Below are positions 29,101-38,209 of a DNA stretch of 64,000 bases, one piece after another. Both the position numbers and the translations under genes were made by a program. How positions within the stretch are numbered: the stretch's first letter is position 1; every line of letters begins with the position of its first letter. Location of the stretch: assembly GCA_965116905.1 (NCBI GenBank), contig OZ220732.1:352001-416000 (forward strand), read 5' to 3'. The DNA comes from Longimicrobiales bacterium. GTDB taxonomy: Bacteria; Gemmatimonadota; Gemmatimonadetes; Longimicrobiales; Gaopeijiaceae. The notes beneath the pieces were generated by a model that did no database searches, was not told the DNA's origin, and saw nothing but the letters and a program-made list of their open reading frames with translations.

Positions 29101-29537
29101 TGGCGGGGGTTCGAGCCGTCCGCGTCCATCACCCAGAGGTTGCTCTGGCCCCCCCGGTCCGACACGAACGCGATGCGCGTGCCGTCGGGGGAGTAGCTGG
29201 GATGGTAGTTGACCGCGACGCCGCTCTCCTGCGTGAGGCTTTCCGCCTGCCCGCCCTCCGCGGGGACCCGGTAGACGTGCGCGAGGAGGTCGAAGACGAT
29301 CCACCGTCCGTCGGACGAGATGTCCACCGACATCCAGGTCCCCTCGTCGGTCTCGAAGTCGATTTCGCGGGTGTCGCCCCGTGCCAGCGTGACGTCCCAG
29401 TCGGCGGCGTCGGAGCCGTCCGTGCGGTCCGCGTCCTGCGCGAGGGCGGGGGCGGGGGCGGAGAGGGTGGCGGCGGTCGCCGCGAGGGCGAGGGCGAGAG
29501 CGACCGTGGGGGAGACGCTGGCGGCGACGCGGGACAT
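26145..29537 (-). CDS. TolB/PD40 beta-propeller + amidohydrolase fusion protein
   Basis: Multiple SPDG..IAF repeats; PGFIDMHSH; IGAHGQ; GTLTPGKLADL; start ATG 29537. Confidence 0.85.
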   Translation of the reverse strand: MSRVAASVSPTVALALALAATAATLSAPAPALAQDADRTDGSDAADWDVTLARGDTREIDFETDEGTWMSVDISSDGRWIVFDLLAHVYRVPAEGGQAESLTQESGVAVNYHPSYSPDGTRIAFVSDRGGQSNLWVMDADGSNPRQVQSSMDIRVTMPEWTADGEYILVAQGGGIWMYHQDGGTGVEVVSGDDGSASWPSVSEDGRYLFYHVRTPGQTVPWALDNIDGALLDDRLVRDALQGTMNLRRMDLKTGEVVKVTSGVPSRQYRLSGGGGFAGEISPDGRHVAFARRLPDATIEWKGHEFGPSTALWVRDLETGAERIVMDPIAQDMTEGMKTIRMLPGYAWAPDGASIVIAQGGKLRRLDVASGEVSTVPFTARVHRVISEQAYEPFRIDDGPVPINFTRWATGSPDGERLAFAAAGRVWVMDLPDGTPRRLTSDAEKRFEYSPSWSPDSRSIAYTTVDENATGHVMTISADGGSARQVSAEPGEYAHTQWSPDGTEILATRGSGATVRYRSVAHNPWYDLVLFPATGPGGGAETGDEAGMGSAGQHVVRVPGNTLPTRTQFVRGAFGPDGRIFYRTMGDSTRLRSVARDGTDPRVHLVLPWADEVMISPDGRHAAFNEGDNTYLVPVPSGAAGIGGAVAVAKKGGRLPVRQLSRRGGIFPGWRDANTVEFGSAASYYTHDVAAETTDTFRIALEVPRGSLGMGTVAITGARIITLENRQVIENGTLIATDGRITCVGAMAECDATGAGHTIDGTGKTVIPGFIDMHSHFFREYRGIIPPNAFEMAVALAYGVTSNLDNSQWSQDVFPAAQMIEAGVLVGPRTYTTGDPLYRGDAVRQNELTSYEVAEDNIARLQSWGAVSLKQYLQPRRDQRQWVSDIARKRGLMVTSEGSDLAFNMGMIMDGQTAWEHPISYVPMYSDAARFFGRAETVYSPTFVVGGPGPWNDEWFFQETEVWRDEKLRLWMPWKQLVPHSRRAFKRPFTDYSYPMLAQVLVDWMAEGAHGAIGAHGQQHGLASHWEVWIAESAMGPMAALELASVEGAYFLGASEDLGTLTPGKLADLMILNANPLDDIRNTTDIMLVMKGGIVYDGMTLDELWPNERPYGARPWIHEGVWRSGPRPVNR

Positions 29538-29661
29538 GGGTGCCTCCGAGGCTGGAGCGGAGCGGTGGGACACCCGGTCAGAATAGGGGGCAGTGGCGCG
29601 GCGGGCCACTGGACACACGCTCAAGAGACGGCTCAAGAGGCGGCACGAGGGACGGGCCAAC

Positions 29662-29710
29662 GGGGAGCGCCAGAACACCGAGGGGAGCGCCAGAACACCG
29701 AGAGCGCCAG
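29662..29710. repeat. 20-bp tandem repeat x2 plus partial copy, just downstream of tRNA-Asn
   Basis: ggggagcgccagaacaccga twice, then gagcgccag. Confidence 0.8.
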
Positions 29711-29715
29711 GGAAA

Positions 29716-29788
29716 CTCCCGCGGCAGGACTCGAACCTGCGACCCGACGGTTAACAGCCGTCTGCTCTACCAGCTGAGCTACGCGGGA
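29716..29788 (-). tRNA. tRNA-Asn(GTT), CCA not encoded
   Basis: TCCCGCG acceptor stem, GCTC/GAGC D-stem, GACGG-CTGTTAA-CCGTC anticodon arm, GCAGG-TTCGAGT-CCTGC T-arm. Confidence 0.97.
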
Positions 29789-29868
29789 AAAACGATGAGG
29801 CCACGCAAGATCGCCCGAGCGGGGTCCCCGAGTCAACCACGATTCCGGCCAGCCACAACTCGGGCCGG

Positions 29869-30909
29869 CTACACGTTGAAGCGGACGTGCAACAGGTCTC
29901 CGTCGGCGACGACGTAGTCCTTGCCCTCTACGCGCATCAGCCCGGCCTCCTTCACGGCCTGTTCGGACCCGTGCTGCGCGAAGACCTCGTAAGGGATGAC
30001 CTCGGCACGGATGAAGCCTCGCTCCATGTCGCTGTGGACCCGCCCGGCGGCCTTGCGCGCGACCGTGCCCCGGCGGACCGTCCACGCCCTCACTTCGTCC
30101 TTGCCGATGGTGAAAAAGGACACCAGGTCCATCATGGCGTAGGCCGCGCGGATGAAACGCGCCAGCGCCGGCTCGGACAGTCCCATGTCTTCCAGGAACT
30201 CCGCCTGGTCTTCCGCGTCGAGGGCGGCGATCTCCGCTTCGACACCGGCCGACAGGACCATCGCCGCACCCCCCATTCCGTTTGCCTCCGCGGCAAGGGC
30301 GGGGGCGACCGCTTCCCCCGCCTGCTCCTCTTCGACGTTTACGGCCACCAGCAACGGCAGATCGGTCAACAGTCCATAGCCCTTCAGGAAACCCCGGTGC
30401 AACTCGGCCTCCGAGAGCAGACGGAGGGCCTGACCGCTCTCCAGGGCCGTGATCATCGTCTCGAAGGCGTCGATTTCGCGAACGTCGGCCCGTTCCTTCC
30501 GCGCGCGGTCGAGACGGCGCTCCACGACCGCGAGGTCCGCGAGGACGCACTCGTCGTGGAATGCGCGAAGGTCGCCAAGCGGGTCCGGTTCCGTGTCGAG
30601 GGCGGGGTTGAGGAAGTCGCGCAACACGAGGCACAGCGCTTCCCGGTCCCTGATTTCCTGCAGACTGTTGGGCGACAGGTAGCGGGCCCCGGCGCCGTGC
30701 TCGCCCGGGACATCGCGGAGATTGATGGTCGCGTAGGTCGTCTTCTTCGGCGAGATCACGCCGGAGAGGAAATCAACGCGAGGGTCGGGCACGCGGACCG
30801 TCCCGACCCGGATCTCGCCGCCGTAGCCCACCGGCACGTCGAGGCCGGTCATGGCGTTGAAAAGCGTGGTCTTTCCGGAGCCGGCAAATCCGGCGAGTCC
30901 GAATCGCAT
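29869..30909 (-). CDS. ychF: YchF/OLA1-family ATPase
   Basis: GSGKTTLFNA, VRVPDPRVD, FFTIGKDEVRAWT, HSDMERGFIRAE, EGKDYVVADGD, RFNV. Confidence 0.9.
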   Translation of the reverse strand: MRFGLAGFAGSGKTTLFNAMTGLDVPVGYGGEIRVGTVRVPDPRVDFLSGVISPKKTTYATINLRDVPGEHGAGARYLSPNSLQEIRDREALCLVLRDFLNPALDTEPDPLGDLRAFHDECVLADLAVVERRLDRARKERADVREIDAFETMITALESGQALRLLSEAELHRGFLKGYGLLTDLPLLVAVNVEEEQAGEAVAPALAAEANGMGGAAMVLSAGVEAEIAALDAEDQAEFLEDMGLSEPALARFIRAAYAMMDLVSFFTIGKDEVRAWTVRRGTVARKAAGRVHSDMERGFIRAEVIPYEVFAQHGSEQAVKEAGLMRVEGKDYVVADGDLLHVRFNV

Positions 30910-31039
30910 CGGTAATCGTCCCGCCTGGCAGGGTTCGTGCGCTCGCAAGGGCTTCGTGTGCTTGCGAGGGCGCGGCGTTGCTGAAACGTTGCATCGCACG
31001 GCAGATCGTGGAACCCCGTGAAGCGCCAAACCCAGGAGC

Positions 31040-32368
31040 GTGCAAATGACGGAAGGCCCGGTTTCGGGGCGGAGGGCGAGCACCGGCGTGTCCCGCCGTG
31101 GCTTCCTGGCGACCGGTGCCGCCGGTCTGGCGGGCGCCTCGCTCGCAGGGTGCGCCGCCGCATCCGACTCCGGCGCCTCCCGCAGGCGACCCGCGTTGAC
31201 GCGCCCCGAGGGTGTGGAGGACGACGCCTGGGCCCATATCCGCGAACACTTCATCCTCGAACCGGGCACTGCGTACATGAACAACGCCAGCCTGGGGATG
31301 CCGCCCGCATCCGTGGCGGAGGCCGTGGCCGCCGGATACGAGGCCCTGTCGCGGGAACCTCTCCGGGGCAAGAACGAACTCGGCGCGTTCATCGCGTCGA
31401 ACGTGGTGCCGCGGATGGCCACCTATCTGGGCGCGGCGGCCCACGAAATCGTGCTGACGCGCAACGCCAGCGAGGCGCTTCACATGGGGACCGTCGGCAT
31501 TCGCCTGGAGCGCGGTGACGAGGTCCTGGTCACCAGCCAGGAGCACCCCGCCGGCCGCCGGCCGTGGGACTACCGGGCCGCGCGGGACGGGATCAGGGTC
31601 AACACGGTCTTCGTTCCCAGCCCCCTCGATAGCGAGGAGGAGACGGTGGCGCTGGTTGAAGAGGCGCTTACGCCGGCCACGCGGGTCATCGCTTTCTGCC
31701 ACGTGACCCGGGGAGGCCACTTGTATCCCGTCCGGCAGCTGTGCTCGCTGGCGCGCGAGCGGGGCATCGTGAGCCACGTGGACGGGGCCCAGGCGGTCGG
31801 CATGTTCCCCGTGGACCTGCAGGCGCTCGGATGCGACACCTATTCCGCGAGCCTGCACAAGTGGCTGCTGGGACCGATGGGAACCGGGGTGTTCTACGTC
31901 CGTGCGGGCGCCCGGGACCGTGTTCAGTCGGCCTTCGCGCCCGAGGGGGACTCCCCGCCCGCCGGCGACAGCGGCATGGCCGCCTACCAGCCGCCGGGCA
32001 CGTCGAGTCTCCCCTTGCGGGCGGCCCTGGCGGCGTCGCTGGACCTCGCCGAGGCGATGGATCCGGCGAATGTGGCCGCGCGCGCACGCTACCTCTCCGA
32101 CCACCTGAAGTCCCGTCTGACGGCCATGCGGGGCGTCACGATTCTCAGCGGGCCCACCCCGGCAACCTCGTGCCCCGGCTCCACGATCTTCGAGCAGGAG
32201 GGCGTGGACGCGGTCGAGGCCGTGAGCCTCGTGGCCGAGCGTGGCCGAGTCCACATCGACGAGCATCAGCGCGATGGCCACAACGCCATCCGGATCTCGA
32301 CCCACGTGTACAATACCACCGCCGAGATCGATCGCCTGGCCGAAGTCCTCGAAGGGCTCCCCGCCTGA
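31040..32368 (+). CDS. Tat-exported class V PLP enzyme (isopenicillin N epimerase-like)
   Basis: SRRGFL Tat motif and LAGC; YMNNASLG, VDGAQAVG, SLHKWLLGP, IRISTHVYNT. Confidence 0.8.
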   Translation: MQMTEGPVSGRRASTGVSRRGFLATGAAGLAGASLAGCAAASDSGASRRRPALTRPEGVEDDAWAHIREHFILEPGTAYMNNASLGMPPASVAEAVAAGYEALSREPLRGKNELGAFIASNVVPRMATYLGAAAHEIVLTRNASEALHMGTVGIRLERGDEVLVTSQEHPAGRRPWDYRAARDGIRVNTVFVPSPLDSEEETVALVEEALTPATRVIAFCHVTRGGHLYPVRQLCSLARERGIVSHVDGAQAVGMFPVDLQALGCDTYSASLHKWLLGPMGTGVFYVRAGARDRVQSAFAPEGDSPPAGDSGMAAYQPPGTSSLPLRAALAASLDLAEAMDPANVAARARYLSDHLKSRLTAMRGVTILSGPTPATSCPGSTIFEQEGVDAVEAVSLVAERGRVHIDEHQRDGHNAIRISTHVYNTTAEIDRLAEVLEGLPA

Positions 32369-32403
32369 TTCGATCCGTCACCCCACGCCAAGGAGCTGTC
32401 CCG

Positions 32404-33459
32404 ATGTTCTCCTCAACGGTCCAACAAGTCCGTGGCACGGCGAGCCGGTGCATGCCGGCAGTCATCGCGTTCGCCTCGGCCGTGGCGCTCGCGTCCTGTG
32501 AGATCCAGCCGATCCCGGACGAGTCCGCTTCGCAGATTCCGGTCCCCGACTTCACGCTCGGAACCGAGAACACGCATAACCGGTGGAGCGCAACGATCCC
32601 TCCGCAGCTCACCGTCCCCTCCGGCGCCGTCGTCGAGGTGTGGACGAAGGAGGCTTCGGACGGCCAGATCACCGAGTCGACGGTCGTTGACGACCTCGCC
32701 AATGTCGATTTCGGCCTGATCCATGCGCTGACGGGACCCATCTACGTTGAGGGCGCCAGCCCGGGCGACCTGTTGGCGGTGACCGTGCACGACGTCCAAG
32801 TGGAAGGGTGGGGATGGGCGACGATCCTGCCCGGGTTCGGTTTTCTCGCCGATGAGTTCACCGAGCCGTGGATTCGCGGCTTCCCCATGGAGTCCGGCGC
32901 CACCGAGGTCGCCTTCAACGAGAACATCACGATCCCCCTGGACCCGTTCGCGGGCGTGATGGGCGTCGCTCCCGCCACCGATTCCATGCTCGTGACCATT
33001 CCCCCGCGGGCCAACGGCGGCAACATGGACAACCGGCACATGAAGGCCGGCGCTACCGTGTACTTCCCGGTTCAGGTGGAGGGCGCGCTCTTCTCGGTCG
33101 GTGACGCGCACGCCACCCAGGGCGACGGCGAGGTCTCCGGCACCGCGATCGAGACCCCGATGCGGCTCGTGCTCGAAGTCGAGGTCATGGAAAACCCCCG
33201 CGGGATCGTCGAGCCCCAGTACGAGACCGACGACTTCTACGCCGTGACCGGCTTCGCCACGACGATCGACGAGGCGGCCCGCAAGGCGACCCGCTACATG
33301 ATCGACTATCTGGTCGCCGAACACGGACTCACCCGCAACGAGGCCTATGTGCTGTGTTCGCTGGTGGGCGACCTGAAGATCTCGGAGACGGTGGACGTGC
33401 CGCACATGCTGGTGAGCATGCACGTGCCGAAGGGGATTTTCGGGGCTCCCCAGGACTGA
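32404..33459 (+). CDS. Acetamidase/formamidase family lipoprotein
   Basis: HNRWS, HALTGPIYVEGA, PPRANGGNMD, GDAHATQGDGE; lipobox LASC. Confidence 0.88.
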   Translation: MFSSTVQQVRGTASRCMPAVIAFASAVALASCEIQPIPDESASQIPVPDFTLGTENTHNRWSATIPPQLTVPSGAVVEVWTKEASDGQITESTVVDDLANVDFGLIHALTGPIYVEGASPGDLLAVTVHDVQVEGWGWATILPGFGFLADEFTEPWIRGFPMESGATEVAFNENITIPLDPFAGVMGVAPATDSMLVTIPPRANGGNMDNRHMKAGATVYFPVQVEGALFSVGDAHATQGDGEVSGTAIETPMRLVLEVEVMENPRGIVEPQYETDDFYAVTGFATTIDEAARKATRYMIDYLVAEHGLTRNEAYVLCSLVGDLKISETVDVPHMLVSMHVPKGIFGAPQD

Positions 33460-33482
33460 GGGACCACGCCGGGTACGAGCCG

Positions 33483-36434
33483 TCAGCCCAAAGAGCCGCG
33501 GGTCGTGTCCGGCCGAATGGTGTCCCCGGCTGAAGTCCCGGCCGAGTCGGTTGCGGCCCCGGCCCCGGTATCGCCCGCCTGACCAGTACCGGCCGAGTCG
33601 GTGGCCACGCCCGGCTCAATCTCGCCGCCTGCGTCGGGATTTGCATCCGGATCTGCGTCGGTCGCGGGCTCACCCTCCCCCTCCGTGCCCTCCTGAAGCG
33701 TCACCGTCCGCACCTCGCCGCTCTCGGGGTCAATGGCCACAGCGGTCCGAATCATCGCCCGATCCGACAACATGCGGATGTTGGGCGCCAGTTCGGCGGG
33801 ACGCATGAAGTAGCGCTGACCCACCAGTTCGCCGGGTCGCAGGTGATGTTCCACGACCACAAGATCGAGGCTGGCGCTGACGCTGGCGCCCGCGCCGCTG
33901 CGGTCGAAGTCGAGGAGGATGCTCCCTTCAGGCGTGCCCCAGTACGTGATCTGCCCGGGGCGATCTCCGCCACGTATCGGCCTGCCGTTCACTGCGACCA
34001 GGGGCGGGCCCTGGGTGGGGAGGCGGAGTAGCAGCATCTCCGCGCCGACCTGGGACGAGACGCTCACGCGAACGACCCCGTCCGCGACCGTGGTGTCGCT
34101 GACAACCGCGACGGCGGGAGCGGGGAGGTCGACCGGGTCCGCCGGCGCGAGCGCGTAGGCGATGCCCCCGGGCGTGAGGTCGCTTTGCGACACCTCGCCG
34201 AACGCGCCCACCGCCGCGACTGCCCACGTGACGCCCGGGTCGGAGTCGTCCCGTGTGGGGTCGGTGCCCCAGTAGGCGGAGCCGGATTCCCGGTCGAGGG
34301 CGTACACGAGCGTCGAGGGGGCCGGACGGGCGGCAGACGGTGTGGCGGTCGACATCCCGACCGCGAGGAATGCGCCCGCGAGCACGAACCCCGCCACCGG
34401 CGCCCACCATCCGTTCGGCTCCCGCACCACGTCAAGCGCGGGAAAGACCAGGATGCAGACGAGCCATGCGAGCGCCACGATCGCCGGCGCCAGCGTCAGT
34501 CCCATGGCAAGCCAGACGCTTTCGGTAAGCGGGACCAGCACCGCGACAACGGGCAGCGTGGCCAGCAGGGCCACGAGCCAGCGCAGGGTTCCCATCCGCC
34601 CATCACCCGGCAGCCCCGCCACCGCAAAGGCTCCGACGCACCCCGCAAGAACCGGCCACTGAAGGTTGACCGCGGCCATCGGGAACATCACGGTCGCCAG
34701 GGCCGCCAGCACAGTGGGGACGAACAGAGCGCCCACCGTCAACTCCGATGGAGAACACCACCGGCGAACCAGCGGAAGCGTGGTGAGGACCAGCGCGAAC
34801 CCGAACGCCACGACGGCCAGCACGTACCAGCCTTCGCTGTGGAAGGAGCCCGCGTGGAGCGCGCCGACCTCGACGTGCGCGTCAACCCGCCACCCGTGGA
34901 GGTAGCCGGCCGCCACGGCCGTCAGGGCGAGACAGACCGCCGACGCCACGCAGCCGAGCAGCATTCTCGCCGGGCGTGCGCCACCGCGCTTCGCCAGGAA
35001 GAATGCCAGTGTCCAGAACGCGGCGGTCGCGAACCCGAGCACCCATATCCACAGCCGGCCGTACGTCACCAGACCCACGTACCTGATCGAGATGTAGCTG
35101 ACGTCCGGGGCGTTTACGGCCGCCAGCCCGGCATCTCCGAAGTGTCGGAGCATCGCGAGCGCGTGCGTGCCGTGGTGCTGCACCGTCGCCTCGGAGAGGT
35201 TCTCCGGCGAATCGTACGCCTGGTGGTACACGTGTGGCCGACCGACGCCCGCGAAGTTCAGCCCCTGCGTCCCGGCTTCCTTGAACGGTGTGAAGTCCGT
35301 GTCGTTCGGCATGCGCCGATAGATCTCGAACGCCACCGAATTCGCGGACGGATACGGATCCGCCTGGCGCAGCGCGTCGATCACCCAGCCGTTGGCCGCG
35401 CCCGTCTCGAACATCATCGAGGCGCCGCCGCCGCCGCGCATCTCGAACGACAGCACGACTGCTACGTCCTGCATCCACGGGTGTTCGTCGACGAAGGCGC
35501 GCGCGCCGAGAAGGCCGATCTCTTCGGCGTCGGTGAAAAGGACGATGAGGTCGTTGCGCAGGCCCGGCCCCGCGGCCAGCGCCCGCAGAGACTCCAGGAT
35601 CGCGGCCAGGCCCGAACCGTCGTCTGCCGCGCCGCGTGAAATCTCCCGGCTGTCGTAGTGGGCGGTGACCAGGACCGCCCGGCCACCCGCTTCGGATCCG
35701 GGAATACGCGCCAGCACGTTGCGCACGGTGGCCGCGGTCAAGGAACCGCCGTCCCCCGTGATCGACGTGGCGGTCTGGACGGTCGGCTCATGCCCCAGGC
35801 GTCGGAGTTCCTCCAGGAGGTACTCACGCACCGCGGCATGCGCCGGGGAACCGGGCGGATGCGCCTCGGCAGCGATCCGGTGCACATGCGCCATGGCGCG
35901 AGCCGACGAGAACACCGTGTCGGCCGCGCTCGCCGGGACCGGATCCGGCATCATGCCGCCCGAACGAGACAGCCACGCGGCGACAAGAAGCACCAGCAGC
36001 GTCACCGGCCCCCGCGCTCCCCTCCAGGGGGCGGAACTCACATCTCCCTTGCCGGCAGCCGACGCTCCCGCAGTCTCCCCGCGGGCCTCTTCAGCCCCCG
36101 GAGCCACGTCATCCCGCGCAGTCTTCCGCCGTGCTTCCTTCCGCGCGGACCACCGTCCAGCTCCACCCCCGCGGGCTCGCCGCGGCGCCTCACCGGGACC
36201 CGCGGCCGCCTTCCGGACCGCCGCCGGACGGGGCTTCGAGGCGGCTTCCGACTCCGCTGGCGGGTCTCCCGCGCCCCCGGAAGCGTCCCGTTCCGGCCCC
36301 GGGTCATCCGATTCCGATTCGCCGCCCCCTTCCTCGGCCTCCTTCGCGATCTCGCGCTCCAGCTCCTCGATTTCGTCCTCGCTGATCCCCAACTCCGCGA
36401 AGGATGGAATTCTGGGCAGCTTGTCGTCACTCAT
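33483..36434 (-). CDS. M28 family metallopeptidase, multi-pass membrane (ERMP1-like)
   Basis: AHYDS, GAADDGSG, DAEEIGLLGA, NDTDF, YH motifs; TM bundle; disordered N- and C-termini. Confidence 0.85.
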   Translation of the reverse strand: MSDDKLPRIPSFAELGISEDEIEELEREIAKEAEEGGGESESDDPGPERDASGGAGDPPAESEAASKPRPAAVRKAAAGPGEAPRRARGGGAGRWSARKEARRKTARDDVAPGAEEARGETAGASAAGKGDVSSAPWRGARGPVTLLVLLVAAWLSRSGGMMPDPVPASAADTVFSSARAMAHVHRIAAEAHPPGSPAHAAVREYLLEELRRLGHEPTVQTATSITGDGGSLTAATVRNVLARIPGSEAGGRAVLVTAHYDSREISRGAADDGSGLAAILESLRALAAGPGLRNDLIVLFTDAEEIGLLGARAFVDEHPWMQDVAVVLSFEMRGGGGASMMFETGAANGWVIDALRQADPYPSANSVAFEIYRRMPNDTDFTPFKEAGTQGLNFAGVGRPHVYHQAYDSPENLSEATVQHHGTHALAMLRHFGDAGLAAVNAPDVSYISIRYVGLVTYGRLWIWVLGFATAAFWTLAFFLAKRGGARPARMLLGCVASAVCLALTAVAAGYLHGWRVDAHVEVGALHAGSFHSEGWYVLAVVAFGFALVLTTLPLVRRWCSPSELTVGALFVPTVLAALATVMFPMAAVNLQWPVLAGCVGAFAVAGLPGDGRMGTLRWLVALLATLPVVAVLVPLTESVWLAMGLTLAPAIVALAWLVCILVFPALDVVREPNGWWAPVAGFVLAGAFLAVGMSTATPSAARPAPSTLVYALDRESGSAYWGTDPTRDDSDPGVTWAVAAVGAFGEVSQSDLTPGGIAYALAPADPVDLPAPAVAVVSDTTVADGVVRVSVSSQVGAEMLLLRLPTQGPPLVAVNGRPIRGGDRPGQITYWGTPEGSILLDFDRSGAGASVSASLDLVVVEHHLRPGELVGQRYFMRPAELAPNIRMLSDRAMIRTAVAIDPESGEVRTVTLQEGTEGEGEPATDADPDANPDAGGEIEPGVATDSAGTGQAGDTGAGAATDSAGTSAGDTIRPDTTRGSLG

Positions 36435-36528
36435 GGTCCTGGTGTCCGCTGGATTCCTGGCGTCCCGCTGCTCGCACTCCCCGGCCAGTCACCCTACGGT
36501 GGACTACCCCGGCCGGGCTTCAAGGCGA

Positions 36529-37986
36529 CTACAATGGGCCATCCCCCCACGGTCCCCACAAGGCATAGGTCCCGCTCGGCCGGCGGCCCCCGCGCTCCCG
36601 GGAACCCTGCACGTTGAAGAACATCACCCGCCCGTCGGGGCTGAAGCACGACCCCGCAAACTCGCCCGGCTGCGGCGCGCCCTCCGGCCGCGGCGCCCGC
36701 ACCAGGTTGACGATCTTGCCTTCGCGGTCCAGTCCCCGGACGAACTGGTCGTCCTCGCCGTCCTCACACATCACCAGCCCGCCCCGCGGACTCAGTACGA
36801 TGTTGTCGGGACTGTCGAGGACTTCCTTGGAGGGCGACTCGAAGACGAGGGTCAGTTCGCCACGATCCATCGACGTGGGCCGGTAGTGGAAGACCTGTCC
36901 GGCCCGGGCATCACCGCCGTTGGTCGACACTACGTAGATGCCCTCGTCGCCGTGGAACGCGCCCTCCAGCCGCGCGAACCGCGCCGCGCCCCTGGCGACG
37001 CCCTGTCTGAACACGGCCAGCCGGTCCTCCTCGGCGTTGGCCGGGTCCGGGTCGTCGATGTCGACCCAGTGCGCCGGCAGCACCTCGCCCGGCGTCTGGC
37101 CCCGCGCAGTCAGATATTCCGGCTGGCCCGTCACCGCCATCATCTGCAGCCTGCCGCCCGCGGCGAGCACGCCCGGCTGGTCCGGGATGAAGCGATAGAG
37201 TCCGGCCCCGGGCAGGCGGTCGGGCACGTACCATGTGTCCTCGGTCTCGTAGACGATGCCCGTGTCCGGATCCACCGCCACGGCCTCGTGAATGAACCGC
37301 CCCATGGCCTTCAGCGGCACGGGGTCGACCGGACCGGTGGCGTCCGCGGGCACTTCGAAGATGTAGCCGTGCGGCTTGCCGAATCCGGCGTCCGGCCCGT
37401 CCGTGATCTCCTCGCAGGAGAGCCAGCTCCCCCAGGGTGTGGGACCTCCGGCGCAGTTCACCCGGGTCCCCGCCAGCGACACGAATTCGTCCACCAGCTC
37501 CACCGCCAGGTCACCGTTCCGCTCCGAAACGCGCACCTCCAGCGATGTCGTGCCCCCCGCACCCCGGTCATCGTAATAGGGCGCACCGATCGCTTGCGCC
37601 CCGTCGGCGTCGTCGACCATCTCGTGGTTGCGGATGAGACGCACGTTCCCGTTGGGAAGCGGAAAGGCGGCCATGCCGTCGAATGCGTTGGGGACGGTGA
37701 GGCCATCCCGGACCGACGACGGCACGCCGCCCGAGCTGATTCTCACGCAGCGAAAGCTCTCCGGGATTTCCAGTTCGGGGCAATCGACGCTCGGCACCAG
37801 TTCACCATAGGGCTTGATGAAGGGACCCGAGGCGGCGGCCTCCCCCCGGGCACCTCCGGCGCGCATGGGTCTGTGCTGGGCGCCGGCGCGGCTGTGGATG
37901 GCGAGTCCGGCGAGCGAGGGCGTCAGTATGGCCCCTCCGCTCGCCGTGGCAAACCTCTTGAGGAAGGTACGGCGGGCTATTGTCAT
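36529..37986 (-). CDS. phoX: Alkaline phosphatase PhoX (Tat)
   Basis: RRTFL Tat motif; DGMAAF, RNHE, NCAGGPTPWGSWLSCEE, MGRFIHEA, RLEG, PDN, CEDG, GEFAG. Confidence 0.88.
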   Translation of the reverse strand: MTIARRTFLKRFATASGGAILTPSLAGLAIHSRAGAQHRPMRAGGARGEAAASGPFIKPYGELVPSVDCPELEIPESFRCVRISSGGVPSSVRDGLTVPNAFDGMAAFPLPNGNVRLIRNHEMVDDADGAQAIGAPYYDDRGAGGTTSLEVRVSERNGDLAVELVDEFVSLAGTRVNCAGGPTPWGSWLSCEEITDGPDAGFGKPHGYIFEVPADATGPVDPVPLKAMGRFIHEAVAVDPDTGIVYETEDTWYVPDRLPGAGLYRFIPDQPGVLAAGGRLQMMAVTGQPEYLTARGQTPGEVLPAHWVDIDDPDPANAEEDRLAVFRQGVARGAARFARLEGAFHGDEGIYVVSTNGGDARAGQVFHYRPTSMDRGELTLVFESPSKEVLDSPDNIVLSPRGGLVMCEDGEDDQFVRGLDREGKIVNLVRAPRPEGAPQPGEFAGSCFSPDGRVMFFNVQGSRERGGRRPSGTYALWGPWGDGPL

Positions 37987-38209
37987 TTGGGGGACTCCGC
38001 GTCCATTTGGGGCAACTCCGCGTCGTTTGCGGTTGAGGGGCCAGCGACCTCTCGGCCGGCGAGTGTTCACGAGACGCGCACGACACCCGCACCGTTCAAG
38101 CTGGACAGACGGAAAATACCCTGCAAGAAGCACGGTTGTTTCGGAAAGCGTAGCGAGTCCGTACCTTTTCTGTCCGCAATGCCCCCGCAGTGCAAAGGCA
38201 GGCAGAGGA

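Noticed and set aside
5725..29788. Functional link between queG and tRNA-Asn (a queuosine-modified tRNA)
   Set aside because: 23 kb apart with unrelated genes between; coincidental
29600..29790. tRNA-Asn with adjacent direct repeats as an integration site or CRISPR
   Set aside because: Repeats are contiguous with no spacers; no cas or integrase gene; I saw no duplicated tRNA 3' end in the window
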